Assembly: GCA_963747235.1 (NCBI GenBank)
Contig: CAVVEU010000020.1
Span: 48,632 to 112,631 of the forward strand
Direction: 5' to 3'
Source of the DNA: an uncultured Candidatus Rokubacteria bacterium
Lineage (GTDB): Bacteria; Methylomirabilota; Methylomirabilia; Rokubacteriales; CSP1-6
Length of the DNA stretch: 64,000 nt
The notes beneath the pieces were generated by a model that saw only the letters and a list, made by a program, of their open reading frames with translations, did no database searches and had not been told where the DNA came from. The position numbers and the translations under genes are program-made. Numbering within the stretch: the stretch's first letter is position 1; every line of letters begins with the position of its first letter. Shown here piece after piece: positions 24,790 through 34,757 of the stretch.

Positions 24790-25647
24790 TTATCGCTCGC
24801 CCCACTTGAGCTTCGTGCGGAGCACCGAGAAGAAGTTCTTCTGGGGTACGCGGAGGAGCCGGGTCCGGGCGGTGGCCCGGCGCACCTCGACGATGTCGTG
24901 CGCCTTGAGCGCGAAGCCGACCTGGCCGTCCAGGGTCAGCATGACGTCCTGGTCGGTGAGCAGGGTGATCGAGATGCGCTGCGTGGCGGGCAGCACGATC
25001 GGCCGGTTGGTCAGGGTGTGCGAGCAGATCGGGGTGAGCACCACCGCGTCCATGGTCGGGAACACGATGGGGCCGCCCGCCGACAGGCAGTAGGCGGTGG
25101 AGCCGGTCGGGGTGGAGAGGATGAGCCCGTCCGCGCGGTAGCCGGTGGCGAAGACCCCGTCCACCGCCACCTCGAGCCGGATGATGCGGCTCATGGCCGA
25201 CTTGGTGATGACCACGTCGTTGAGGGCGGCGTACTCGCCGAGCCGCTCGCCCTGCCGGAACACGCGCGCCTCGAGCAGCATGCGCTCCTCGATGACCAGC
25301 TCGCCGCGCAGGTAGGACTCGAGCGCCGGGAACAGCTCGTCCACCGTGAGCGCGGTCAGGAAGCCGAGGCCGCCCAGGTTGACGCCCAGGATCGGCACGC
25401 CGAGGTCGCCCACCAGGCGGGCCATGCTGAGCAGGGTCCCGTCGCCGCCCAGGACGAGCAGGAGATCGGACTGGGCCGGCAGCTCCGGCCGTCCCGCCAT
25501 CGGTACCGTCGCCTCGGGGCAGAGCGCCGCCGTTTCCTTCTCGAGCACCGGCTGGATCCCGCGGTCCGCGCACCACTTGAGGAGCTGCGGCACCACCGTG
25601 CGGGCTTCCTCCCGGTCGGTCTTGGCGACGATACCCAGCCGCTTCAC
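24790..25647 (-). CDS. nadK: NAD(+) kinase
   Basis: 285 aa. GGDGT motif and NE/D…TPTGSTAYS-like motif (STPTGSTAYCLSAGGP). Confidence 0.9.
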   Translation of the reverse strand: MKRLGIVAKTDREEARTVVPQLLKWCADRGIQPVLEKETAALCPEATVPMAGRPELPAQSDLLLVLGGDGTLLSMARLVGDLGVPILGVNLGGLGFLTALTVDELFPALESYLRGELVIEERMLLEARVFRQGERLGEYAALNDVVITKSAMSRIIRLEVAVDGVFATGYRADGLILSTPTGSTAYCLSAGGPIVFPTMDAVVLTPICSHTLTNRPIVLPATQRISITLLTDQDVMLTLDGQVGFALKAHDIVEVRRATARTRLLRVPQKNFFSVLRTKLKWGER

Positions 25648-26558
25648 GGCACCGGCACCTCCTCCGCGGTGGTCTGGGTGATCAGCGTGTCCAGCTCGGA
25701 GAGGGTGCGGCCGGTCTTGGTCAGGAGGAGGAAGAACTCGCGGTTGCCCTTCGGGCCCTTGAGCGGTGACGCGGTGACGCCGCGCACGTGCCAGCCGTGC
25801 AGCACCGCGAAGCGCGCCACCCGGGCGACCACCGCCCGGTGATGCGAGCTGTCCCGGACCACGCCGCCCTTGCCCACCTGCCCCTTGCCGACCTCGAACT
25901 GCGGTTTCACCAGCACGACCGCCTCGCCCTTCGAGGTGAGCACGTTGAACACCGACGGGAGCACCTTCTCGAGCGAGATGAACGAGATATCCACGGTGGC
26001 CAGATCGGGCGACTCGGGAAAGGAGTCGATCGGCAGGTTGCGCGCGTTGGTCTTCTCCATCACCACCACCCGCCCGTCGGCGCGCAGCTTCGCGTCGAGC
26101 TGGCCCTGCCCGACGTCCACCGCGTAGACCTTCACCGCGCCCTGCTCCAGCAGGCAGTGGGTGAAGCCGCCGGTGGAGGCGCCCACGTCGATGGCCACGC
26201 GCCCGCGCGGCTCGATCGTGAAGGTGGCGAGCGCGTGCGCCAGCTTGTCGCCGCCGCGGCTCACGAAGCGCGGGCGCGCCGCCAGCTCGATGCGCGCGCC
26301 GGGCGCGACGAGCGCGCCGGCCTTGTCCACCCGCTGCCCGTCCACCATCACGTCGCCGGCCAGGATCACCCGCGCCGCCTTCTCGCGTGATTCGAGGAGC
26401 CCGCGCTCCACCAGCGCGATGTCGAGGCGGACTTTTGTCTTCGCGCGAGCTTCGGCGGCTCGTTCGGGCACGGCCGCCGTCTTTCCACGGACACTGGGCG
26501 CAGTCTTCCGTGGCGGGGCGGCCTTCGACAGGCCACGCTTCTTTGGGGACCTCTTCAC
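25644..26558 (-). CDS. tlyA: TlyA-family rRNA 2'-O-methyltransferase (S4 domain + FtsJ-like MTase) with Lys/Arg-rich N-terminal extension
   Basis: …VRLDIALVERGLLESREKAARVILAGDVMVDG… (S4) and …AIDVGASTGGFT… (SAM-binding). GTG start with SD AAAGGAG. Confidence 0.8.
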   Translation of the reverse strand: MKRSPKKRGLSKAAPPRKTAPSVRGKTAAVPERAAEARAKTKVRLDIALVERGLLESREKAARVILAGDVMVDGQRVDKAGALVAPGARIELAARPRFVSRGGDKLAHALATFTIEPRGRVAIDVGASTGGFTHCLLEQGAVKVYAVDVGQGQLDAKLRADGRVVVMEKTNARNLPIDSFPESPDLATVDISFISLEKVLPSVFNVLTSKGEAVVLVKPQFEVGKGQVGKGGVVRDSSHHRAVVARVARFAVLHGWHVRGVTASPLKGPKGNREFFLLLTKTGRTLSELDTLITQTTAEEVPVP

Positions 26559-26751
26559 GCCAGCTCCTTTCTTGAGCCGCCCGCGCCTCCGGCCAGGAGA
26601 TGGCAGGGCGGACGATCGCAGAGAAAGACGGTGGACCGCTGCTGGTGAGGGAACGGCTCGACCGCGTTCATGCGGGCTCCTAAGCCCAAGAGACCGTGCC
26701 AGAAATCACAGCGGTCACAATTATATAGCCGAACCCCCTCCGGGAACGAAT

Positions 26752-27447
26752 TCAGCGGACACTGGTGCCGGCCCGGGGTCGCAGCACGAAGAGCAGCCCC
26801 ATGCCGGCCAGGAAGCCTCCGATGTGGGCAAAGAAGGCCACCCCGCCGCTGGCCCCGAAGCTGCCGAGCCCGTTGAGCACCTGGACCACGATCCAGAAGC
26901 CCAGCACGATCACGGCGGGGATCTTCACCAGGCGGAAGAAGAAGCCCAGGATGATCAGCGTGGTGACGTGGGCGTGCGGGAAGAGCACCAGGTAGGCGCC
27001 CAGGACCCCGGAGACCGCGCCGCTCGCGCCCACCATGGGCACCGGGGAGCCGGGGCCGATGGCGGTCTGGGCCAGCGCGGCCGCCACGCCCGAGGCCAGG
27101 TAGAAGATCAGGTAGCGGCCGTGGCCCAGGACGTCCTCGACGTTGTTCCCGAAGATCCACAGGTAGAGCATGTTGCCCGCGATGTGGAAGAGCCCGCCGT
27201 GCATGAACATCGAGCTGAAGATGGTCAGGATCGGCGCCGGCAGGTCCAGGGCCCCCCGGCAGGCGCCGGTGAGCCGGCAGGGCACCAGCCCGAACTCCTC
27301 GATGAAGGCCTGCCCGGCCCGCGCGCCCTGCCCGTCGCCCACCTCCAGCGAGAACTGGTAGAGGAAGACCAGCGCGTTGGCCAGGATCAGGCCGATGGTG
27401 ACGATCGGGGTGCTGTGGGCGGGGTTGTCGTCCTTGAGGGGGAACAC
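26752..27447 (-). CDS. Rhomboid-family intramembrane serine protease
   Basis: 231 aa, six TM helices. Catalytic GASGAVSG and HIGGFLAG motifs. Confidence 0.85.
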   Translation of the reverse strand: MFPLKDDNPAHSTPIVTIGLILANALVFLYQFSLEVGDGQGARAGQAFIEEFGLVPCRLTGACRGALDLPAPILTIFSSMFMHGGLFHIAGNMLYLWIFGNNVEDVLGHGRYLIFYLASGVAAALAQTAIGPGSPVPMVGASGAVSGVLGAYLVLFPHAHVTTLIILGFFFRLVKIPAVIVLGFWIVVQVLNGLGSFGASGGVAFFAHIGGFLAGMGLLFVLRPRAGTSVR

Positions 27448-27453
27448 GGACCG

Positions 27454-28755
27454 CTATTGCGCCGCGGGACCCAGCGTCACCACGGTGGGCGCGCTCAGAT
27501 AGGCTCGCGCGACGCGCTGCACGTCCTCGGCCGTCACCACCTCCACCGCGCGCACGTACCGCTCGGCGAACCCCGGCCCGACTCCGAGCGCTTCGAAGAA
27601 GGCGTCATACCAGGACAGCCGCGCGTTGGTGCGCCGATCCAGCGCGAACTGGCCGAGCAGGTAGCCCTTGGCGCGCGTGAGCTCGGCCGGGCTCAGGGGC
27701 TCGCGGCGGATGCGCTCGAGCTCCCCCAGCATCGCGGTCTCCGCCCGGGCCTGGTTGGCCGGCGCGGTGCCGAGCTGCGTGAAGAGCACGCCGGGCCCCT
27801 CGCGCGACGGATAGGCGCCGCCCGTCGAGTAGGCGAGGCCCTGCTTGTCGCGCACCTCGGTGAAGAGCCGTCCGGCCATGCCGCCGCCCAGCGCGGTGGC
27901 CAGCACCTTCACCGCCGCGTAGTCGGCGTGTGACGTCGGCGGGGCGAGGAAGCCGGCCAGGACCTGGGCTTGCGCAGACGCCCGCACGATCACGGTGCGG
28001 TCCGCGCGCGCGGCGGCCGCGGGCAGTGTGGGCTCGGTCTCCGCGGGGCCGGTGGGGGCGCCGGCGAAGAGGCGGCTCACCTCCGCCATCACGAGGCGCG
28101 TGTCCACGTCGCCGCTCACGGCCAGGATCATGCGCGGGGCCCGGTAGAAACGCTGGTGATGCGCGACCAGGCGGGCGCGATCGATGCGCTCCAGCGCGGC
28201 GGGCCGGCCCAGGATCGGGCGGCCGTACGGATGATCCCCGTACACGCGGCTCATCAGCGTATCCATGGCCAGCGAGAACGGCTGGTCCTGCCGGCTGCGG
28301 AGCGCGGTCAGGGTGGCGCGCCGCTCGCCGTCGATCTCGGCCACGGGCAGCGTGGGCCGCAGCGCGACGTCGGCGATCAGCTCGAGCATCGTTCGCCAGT
28401 TTCGCGCGAGCGCGGTGGCGCGGATCTCCGAGTAGTCCAGGTCGGCCGACGAGCCGATGCCCCCGCCCAGGTTCTCCGCGGTCTCGGCGACCTCGAGCGC
28501 CGAGCGCTTCTCGGTCCCCTTGAGCAGCACCTGCTGGAGCAGATGGCTGATGCCCGCGTCGTCCTCGGTCTCCCAGCGCGAGCCCATCCGCACGAAGAGC
28601 GAGGCCGCCGTCACCGCGGTCGCGGTGTTCTCCCGCACCAGCACGGTGAGGCCGCCGGGGAGCTGCTGGCGAACCGGCTGCGCCGTCGCCTGCCCCGCCG
28701 CGGCCCACCCGAGGGCCACGACCAGCGCGAGAGCCGCCGCGCGCCGCGGGCTCAC
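27454..28755 (-). CDS. M16-family peptidase, non-catalytic partner subunit (no HxxEH)
   Basis: GTG start (VSPRRAAALALVVALGWAAAGQATAQ signal peptide) overlapping the upstream M16 gene's stop (GTGA). Peptidase_M16 and M16_C domains present, zinc motif absent. Confidence 0.75.
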   Translation of the reverse strand: MSPRRAAALALVVALGWAAAGQATAQPVRQQLPGGLTVLVRENTATAVTAASLFVRMGSRWETEDDAGISHLLQQVLLKGTEKRSALEVAETAENLGGGIGSSADLDYSEIRATALARNWRTMLELIADVALRPTLPVAEIDGERRATLTALRSRQDQPFSLAMDTLMSRVYGDHPYGRPILGRPAALERIDRARLVAHHQRFYRAPRMILAVSGDVDTRLVMAEVSRLFAGAPTGPAETEPTLPAAAARADRTVIVRASAQAQVLAGFLAPPTSHADYAAVKVLATALGGGMAGRLFTEVRDKQGLAYSTGGAYPSREGPGVLFTQLGTAPANQARAETAMLGELERIRREPLSPAELTRAKGYLLGQFALDRRTNARLSWYDAFFEALGVGPGFAERYVRAVEVVTAEDVQRVARAYLSAPTVVTLGPAAQ

Positions 28756-30101
28756 TGCGCGCGACCCCGCGGGACGAAGGCCAGCCGCGCGTAGGCGTCG
28801 GTGAGGTAGCGGCGCGCCGCCTCCTGCACCTGCGCGCCCGTCACCGCGCGCACGCGGTCCAGGTAGGCGCGCTCGGCCTCCAGGCTCCAGGTGGTCTCGG
28901 CGCGGCCGTACGCCAGCGCCAGGCCTTCCACCGTCTCGCGCGAGAACTCGCGCTGGGCCTCGGAGGCGGTGATCGAGCGGGCCAGCTCCTCCGGCGTCAC
29001 GCCGTCCGCCTGGATGCGGCGGATCTCGGCCAGGATGCCGCGCTCCACCGCCTCCTGGTCCGCGCTCTCGAGCTGCGCGGTCACGCCCACCGCGCCCGCG
29101 CCCTGGAGCGCGCCGTACCAGCCGCTGATCCCGGACACCAGCCGCGCCTTCTCGCGCAGGGCCTGGTTGAGCCGCGAGCTGCGCGAGCCGCCCAGGATGT
29201 GGCTCAGCACGTCCACCGCCGGCATGTCGGGATGACCGAGCGGCGGCGCCAGCCACGCGAGGCCGAGCTGCGTCTGGCGCTCCGGACGCTCCACCGATCG
29301 GGTGCGCACGCCGTCCAGCGGCGCCGGCGCGGGCACCGCCGGCCGGGTGTAGCCGGCCCGGGGAATCGCGCCGAACGCGGCGATCGCGGCGGCGCGGACC
29401 TCCGCCGGGTTGACGGGACCGACCACGACCAGGGCCATGTTCTCCGGGACGTAGTGGCGCTTGTAGTACCCGCGCAGGGTCTCCTGGGTGGCGCCCCGCA
29501 GGTCTCCCGCGTCACCCAGCACGGAGCGCCCGTAGGGGTGGCCCTGGTAGAGCACGCTGTAGAGCTGGCGGCCCAGGGACGACCGCGGATTGTCCTCGTT
29601 CAGCCGCACTTCCTCGAAGACCACGTCGCGCTCGCGCGTGAGCTCGGTCGGATCGAACACGGAGTTGAGCACCATGTCCGCGATCAGGGAGATTCCGGGC
29701 ACCGTGCGCGTCGCGGGCAGCAGCAGGTAGTAGAAGGTGTAGTCGTTCGATGTGCCCGCGTTGGTGCGCCCGCCCACCGCCTCGACGTCGCTCTCGACGA
29801 ATCCGCGCGGCCGCGTCGCGGTTCCCTTGAAGAGCATGTGCTCCGCGAAGTGCGAGAAGCCGCGCTCGCCGATCGCCTCGTCGCGCCCGCCCACGCCGGT
29901 CCAGAGATGAATCGCGACCGTGGCCGCGGCGCGGTGCTCCTGGATGATGAGCCGCATGCCGTTGGGGAGCACCTCGCGGATGGGCGCGGGCAATCCACGC
30001 GCCCCCGGCGCGGGCGGTGCCGTCACGCATCCACCGAGCGTATATAGGAGGAAGGCGATCGCGCAGACGCGTACGGCGCATCTGCCGATGGAGGGGGTCA
30101 T
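28752..30101 (-). CDS. M16-family zinc peptidase (HxxEH), probable lipoprotein
   Basis: MTPSIGRCAVRVCAIAFLLYTLGGC lipobox-like signal. Zinc motif GFSHFAEHMLFKGT. Confidence 0.8.
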   Translation of the reverse strand: MTPSIGRCAVRVCAIAFLLYTLGGCVTAPPAPGARGLPAPIREVLPNGMRLIIQEHRAAATVAIHLWTGVGGRDEAIGERGFSHFAEHMLFKGTATRPRGFVESDVEAVGGRTNAGTSNDYTFYYLLLPATRTVPGISLIADMVLNSVFDPTELTRERDVVFEEVRLNEDNPRSSLGRQLYSVLYQGHPYGRSVLGDAGDLRGATQETLRGYYKRHYVPENMALVVVGPVNPAEVRAAAIAAFGAIPRAGYTRPAVPAPAPLDGVRTRSVERPERQTQLGLAWLAPPLGHPDMPAVDVLSHILGGSRSSRLNQALREKARLVSGISGWYGALQGAGAVGVTAQLESADQEAVERGILAEIRRIQADGVTPEELARSITASEAQREFSRETVEGLALAYGRAETTWSLEAERAYLDRVRAVTGAQVQEAARRYLTDAYARLAFVPRGRAQ

Positions 30102-30251
30102 TGCGGCTACACGGTACCAGAGCCCAAGACAGTTTGCCGGGTCATCTGTCGGGGCCATGCCGGGCAGAACGCCCTCGTGGCCCCGGTGGCCGATCGGAGG
30201 CCGAAGCCTTAAGGTATTGAAACTATGGACTAGTTGGACTCTGAAACCCTC

Positions 30252-30267
30252 TGGCATTGCCGGTGCA
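30252..30267 (+). promoter_or_regulatory. Candidate sigma-54 (-24/-12) promoter upstream of the repeat-protein gene
   Basis: cTGGCAT-tgccg-GTGCa matches TGGCAC-N5-TTGC (GG and GC elements with correct spacing). It is ~105 nt upstream of the ATG. No enhancer-binding protein gene is in the window. Confidence 0.35.
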
Positions 30268-30373
30268 TCCTATGGCTGCGAGTTGGGGCCCCAGGGGGCC
30301 GGGAGAAGAAACCCAAGTGGGACGCGCAGTGAGCAAGAAGTCAGAAACGCAGTCAGAAAGGATGGAAACGACG

Positions 30374-31557
30374 ATGAGAAAGTTCCTTGCAGCGACGATG
30401 AGTGTAGTGACGGTCTTCTCCCTCTCGGCCACGGTCGGGATGGCGCAGACCACGTCCTGCCCCGAGGTGGCGTCGGCGAAGGCGATGCTGACGCAGACCG
30501 CGAAGAGCCAGGACGTCCAGGCGCCCCGCTCGCTGGCGGGTGCCCGGTCGCAGGACGTGCAGGCCCCGCGTAGCCAGGACGTCCAGGCGCCCCGCTCGCT
30601 GGCGGGTGCCCGGTCGCAGGACGTGCAGGCGCCGCGTAGCCAGGACGTGCAGGCCCCGCGCGGTCAGGATGTGCAGGCTCCTCGCGGTCAGAACATCCAG
30701 GCTCCTCGCGCCCAGGACGTGCAGGCGCCGCGTGGCCAGGATGTGCAGGCTCCTCGCGGTCAGGACATCCAGGCTCCGCGTAGCCAGGATGTGCAGGCTC
30801 CCCGCGTCAGGACTAGCGGGTGCCCGCGTCGCAGGACGTGCAGGCTCCTCGCGCCCAGGACGTGCAGGCGCCGCGTGGCGGTCGGCAGGACGTGCAGGCT
30901 CCTCGCGGCCAGGACATCCAGGCGCCGCGTGGTCAGGATGTGCAGGCTCCTCGTGGTCAGAACATCCAGGCTCCTCGCGCGCAGGACGTCCAGGCGCCGC
31001 GTGGCCAGGACATTCAGGCCCCGCGTGGTCAGGACGTGCAGGCTCCTCGTAGCCAGGACGTGCAGGCTCCTCGCGGTCAGAACATCCAGGCTCCTCGCGC
31101 CCAGGACGTGCAGGCGCCGCGTGGTCAGGATGTGCAGGCTCCTCGCGGTCAGGACATCCAGGCGCCGCGTGGCCAGGATGTGCAGGCTCCTCGCGGTCAG
31201 AACATCCAGGCTCCTCGCGCCCAGGACGTCCAGGCTCCTCGCGGCCAGGACGTGCAGGCGCCGCGTGGCCAGGACGTGCAGGCTCCTCGCGGTCAGAACA
31301 TCCAGGCTCCTCGCGCCCAGGACGTGCAGGCGCCGCGTGGTCAGGATGTGCAGGCTCCTCGTGGTCAGAACATCCAGGCTCCTCGCGGCCCAGGACGTGT
31401 CCAGGCCCCGCGTGCCCAGGATGTGCAGGCTCCCCGCTCTGCCGAGTTCAAGAAGGCTTCTGGTCTCGTGACCGAGGCCGAGGCGGCGTGCAAGGCCGGC
31501 AACTCGACGCTGGCGGCTGACAAGGCCAAGGCGGCGATGGAGATGCTGAAGAAGTAG
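30374..31557 (+). CDS. Secreted tandem-repeat protein: signal peptide, ~39 octapeptide repeats (consensus QDVQAPRG, variants QDIQAPRG/QNIQAPRA/QDVQAPRS), short C-terminal helical tail; reading frame switches inside the array at ~30805–30830
   Basis: SD AGGA, then ATG at 30374 (MRKFLAATMSVVTVFSLSATVGMAQ signal peptide). The repeats are in frame b up to 30810. After an irregular unit (gtcaggacTAGcggg…, in-frame TAG at 30814) they continue in frame c from the GTG at 30820 to the stop at 31557. The continuation of frame b is Arg/Cys/Leu-rich nonsense. Confidence 0.7.
30509..31450 (+). repeat. Tandem array of ~39 x 24-bp units (CAGGACGTGCAGGCBCCBCGYGGY) encoding the octapeptide repeats
   Basis: Direct reading of the sequence. 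Units are near-identical with wobble-position variation. Two early units carry an SLAGAR insertion. Confidence 0.9.
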
Positions 31558-31578
31558 CAGTTCGACGACGCAACCAAC

Positions 31579-31614
31579 GGCCCCGGGGCGAATCCCCCGG
31601 GGCCGTTTCTTTTT
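31579..31614 (+). terminator. Intrinsic terminator (bidirectional) between the repeat-protein gene and phnE
   Basis: GGCCCCGGGG-cgaatc-CCCCGGGGCC followed by GTTTCTTTTT. Confidence 0.85.
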
Positions 31615-31627
31615 GTGGCGATCGCGG

Positions 31628-32376
31628 TCAGACGAGGCGGGCCCGGAGCCGGGACGACGCGAAGTCCACGATCATCACCAGCCCGATCAGCACGAGCAGC
31701 ACGGTGGCCGCCGCGGGATAGTTCAGGAGCCGCAGGTAGGTCTGGATGTAGAAGCCGATGCCCCCTGCCCCCACGAAGCCCAGGACCGCCGCCGCCCGGA
31801 TGTTCGTCTCGAAGCGATACAGCGTGAAGGACAGGAACTGCGGCACGAGCTGCGGGAGCACGCCCCAGCGCAGCACCTGCAGCGTCGTGGCGCCCGTCGC
31901 CCGCACCGCCTCCACCGGCCCCGGCTCGATGGCCTCGATGGCCTCGGAGTACAGCTTGGCCAGCACGGTCGCCGTGTAGACCAGGACCGCCAGCACGCCC
32001 GGGAACGGGCCGAGCCCGACCGCGGCCACGAAGAAGAGCGCGTAGACCAGCGTGTCCACCGCGCGGAACGCATTGAGCAGGCTGCGCGCCCAGTAGAAGA
32101 GCCAGGGCGGCGCCGCGTTGCGCGCGGCCGCGAAGCCCAGCGGCAGCGCGAGCACCGCCGCCACCGCGGTGCCCACCACCGCGATCTGGATGGTCTCCAC
32201 GGCCCCGCGCAGCGCGTTGCCCAGCACCGAGAGATCGGGCGGGACCATGCGACGCAGGAAGTCCCACATGAAGGGAAGGCCCTCGATCAGGCGGCCCAGC
32301 GAGACTTCGGTCTCCACCGCCGACCAGGCGATGGCCCCCAGGATGACCACCCACGCCGCCCATCGGCTCCCGCGGC

Positions 32377-32380
<4 letters not shown>
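31628..32380 (-). CDS. phnE: Phosphonate ABC transporter permease PhnE
   Basis: 250 aa, six TM, PhnE-type ABC permease sequence. Overlaps the phnC stop. Confidence 0.75.
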
Positions 32381-33119
<739 letters not shown>

Positions 33120-33123
<4 letters not shown>

Positions 33124-33485
33124 CGGCGGCCGGCGGTGAAGTGGAAGTGGACGTGGTAGACCACCTGCCCGCCCTCGGGCCCCGTGTTGCAGGACACGCG
33201 ATAGCCGCGCTCGGCGTAGCCGGTGCGCTCGCCCAGCAGTCGCGCCACCTGCATGCACCGGCCGATCACCTCGGTGTCACCGGGCTCGAGCCGCGCGAGG
33301 GACTCGATGTGGCGCTTCGGGACGATCAGCAGGTGGATCGGCGCCTTCGGGTACAGATCCCGGAACGCCAGGACCTGATCGTCCTCGTACTCGATCTCGG
33401 CGGGACTCTCCTTCGCGGCGATGCGGCAGAAGACGCAGGTCTGGGTCACGGGGCCTCCCGGCTCGTGTATAATCCTTGACGCCAC
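33120..33485 (-). CDS. HIT-family (histidine triad) nucleotide hydrolase/transferase
   Basis: 121 aa with HIT motif YHVHFHF. Confidence 0.85.
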
Positions 33486-33521
33486 GCCATCCTGTCAGCG
33501 AATCCGTTGGAGGACAACGAC

Positions 33522-33761
33522 ATGGGTACCTGTCCCAAGTGCAAGCTGCGCATCCGAAAGAACGGCAACCACATCAAGCTGGGCTCGGTCTGGCGCCACA
33601 AGATGTGCCCGCCAAGCCCGGCCGCGCCGCCAAGAGCGCCTAGCTTCCCTCCCCGCTCCATCAGCACAGTCTCACCGCCGCTGGTCAGGGTAGCCGAAAC
33701 CGGGCGAGGGTGGGAAGAGCCGTCCAGCGCATCGCGACACGTCCCGACGAGGAGGCCCGGC
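33522..33761 (+). CDS. Zinc-ribbon mini-ORF (MGTCPKCKLRIRKNGNHIKLGSVWRHKMCPP…) with strong SD, in frame with htrA and lacking its own stop codon
   Basis: tGGAGGAcaacgacATG. Cys/His pattern C-P-K-C-x17-H-x2-C, followed by a P/S-rich stretch that runs into the htrA signal peptide. Either a separate small gene whose stop was lost to a sequence error, or an N-terminal cytoplasmic extension of HtrA. Confidence 0.35.
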
Positions 33762-34757
33762 ATGACGGTCCGGCTCATCGCGCTTCTCCTGCTCGCCACC
33801 CTCGTCTCGGTCGGGCTGCCGGCGCCCGCCGGGGCCCAGGCGGTGGGCGACGTCTTCCGGAAGGTGAGCCCTTCCGTCGTCGTGATCCGATCCAGGGGGC
33901 GGGACGTCTCCGCGTCCGGCCAGGTCCGCTTCGGAGAGATCGGCTCCGGCGTGCTGATCTCGGCGGACGGCAAGGTGATGACGGCGGCCCACGTCGTCCA
34001 CGCGATGGACGAGATCAACGTGGAGTTCATCGGAGGCGAGACGGTGCCGGCGCGGGTCGTCGCCTCCGAGCCCGCCGCCGACCTCTCGCTGCTCCAGCTC
34101 GATCGCGTGCCCGCCGACGTCCGCGTCTCTCGCCTCGCCGATTCGCGCACCGTCCGCGTGGGCGACCAGGTGCTGGTCGTGGGCGCGCCGTACGGGCTCG
34201 CCTACTCGCTGAGCGTCGGCTACGTCAGCGCCCGCTGGCCGCCGAACAGCGTGTACCCGGCCTTCCCGCTGGCCGAGTTCTTCCAGACCGACGCCACGAT
34301 CAACACCGGCAACTCCGGCGGCCCTCTGTTCAACCTGGCGGGTGACGTCATCGGGATCGTGAGCCACAACATCTCGAAGGGCGGCGGCAGCGAGGGGCTC
34401 GGCTTCGTGGTGACGATCAACACCGCCAAGGATCTCCTGCTCGCCCGGCGCTCCATCTGGAGCGGACTCGAGGGCCACACCCTGTCGGGGGACCTGGCCG
34501 CGATCTTCAACCTGCCCCAGCCCGAGGGCTTCCTGGTCAAGACGGTGGCCAAGGGCTCGCCCGCCGCGGAGGCGGGGATTCGCGGCGGCAACCGGACCGC
34601 GGTCATCGACGGCCAGACGCTGGTGGTCGGCGGCGACGTCCTGCTCGCGGTGGAGGGCATCCCGGCCGGAAACCTCGCCGACTACAACCGGATGCGCGAG
34701 CACTGCAGACGCTGCCGGGGCGCCTCAGTGACGGTGCTGCGGGCCGGCGCGTGCTGA
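33762..34757 (+). CDS. htrA: HtrA/DegP-family periplasmic serine protease with one PDZ domain
   Basis: Own SD (GAGGAGG) plus ATG at 33762. Signal peptide MTVRLIALLLLATLVSVGLPAPAGAQA. Catalytic H (TAAHVVH), D (AADLSLL), S (GNSGGPL). C-terminal PDZ. Confidence 0.85.
   Translation: MTVRLIALLLLATLVSVGLPAPAGAQAVGDVFRKVSPSVVVIRSRGRDVSASGQVRFGEIGSGVLISADGKVMTAAHVVHAMDEINVEFIGGETVPARVVASEPAADLSLLQLDRVPADVRVSRLADSRTVRVGDQVLVVGAPYGLAYSLSVGYVSARWPPNSVYPAFPLAEFFQTDATINTGNSGGPLFNLAGDVIGIVSHNISKGGGSEGLGFVVTINTAKDLLLARRSIWSGLEGHTLSGDLAAIFNLPQPEGFLVKTVAKGSPAAEAGIRGGNRTAVIDGQTLVVGGDVLLAVEGIPAGNLADYNRMREHCRRCRGASVTVLRAGAC

Noticed and set aside
26559-26751. sigma-70-type TATAAT box (minus strand, ~26720–26725) as the tlyA promoter
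   Set aside because: An AT-rich hexamer exists, but the best -35 candidate is 19 bp away and weak. This is too uncertain to list as a feature.
30540-31052. 170-aa plus-strand ORF inside the repeat array (Arg/Ala/Gly-rich)
   Set aside because: It is the third reading frame of the 24-bp repeats (…RAGSSRPGRAGAAW…) with no signal peptide, and is overlapped by the frames that carry the QDVQAPRG repeats.
30509-31450. CRISPR array (regular ~24-bp repeats)
   Set aside because: The units are contiguous with no spacers and are in-frame coding octapeptide repeats within a signal-peptide-bearing ORF; there are no cas genes.
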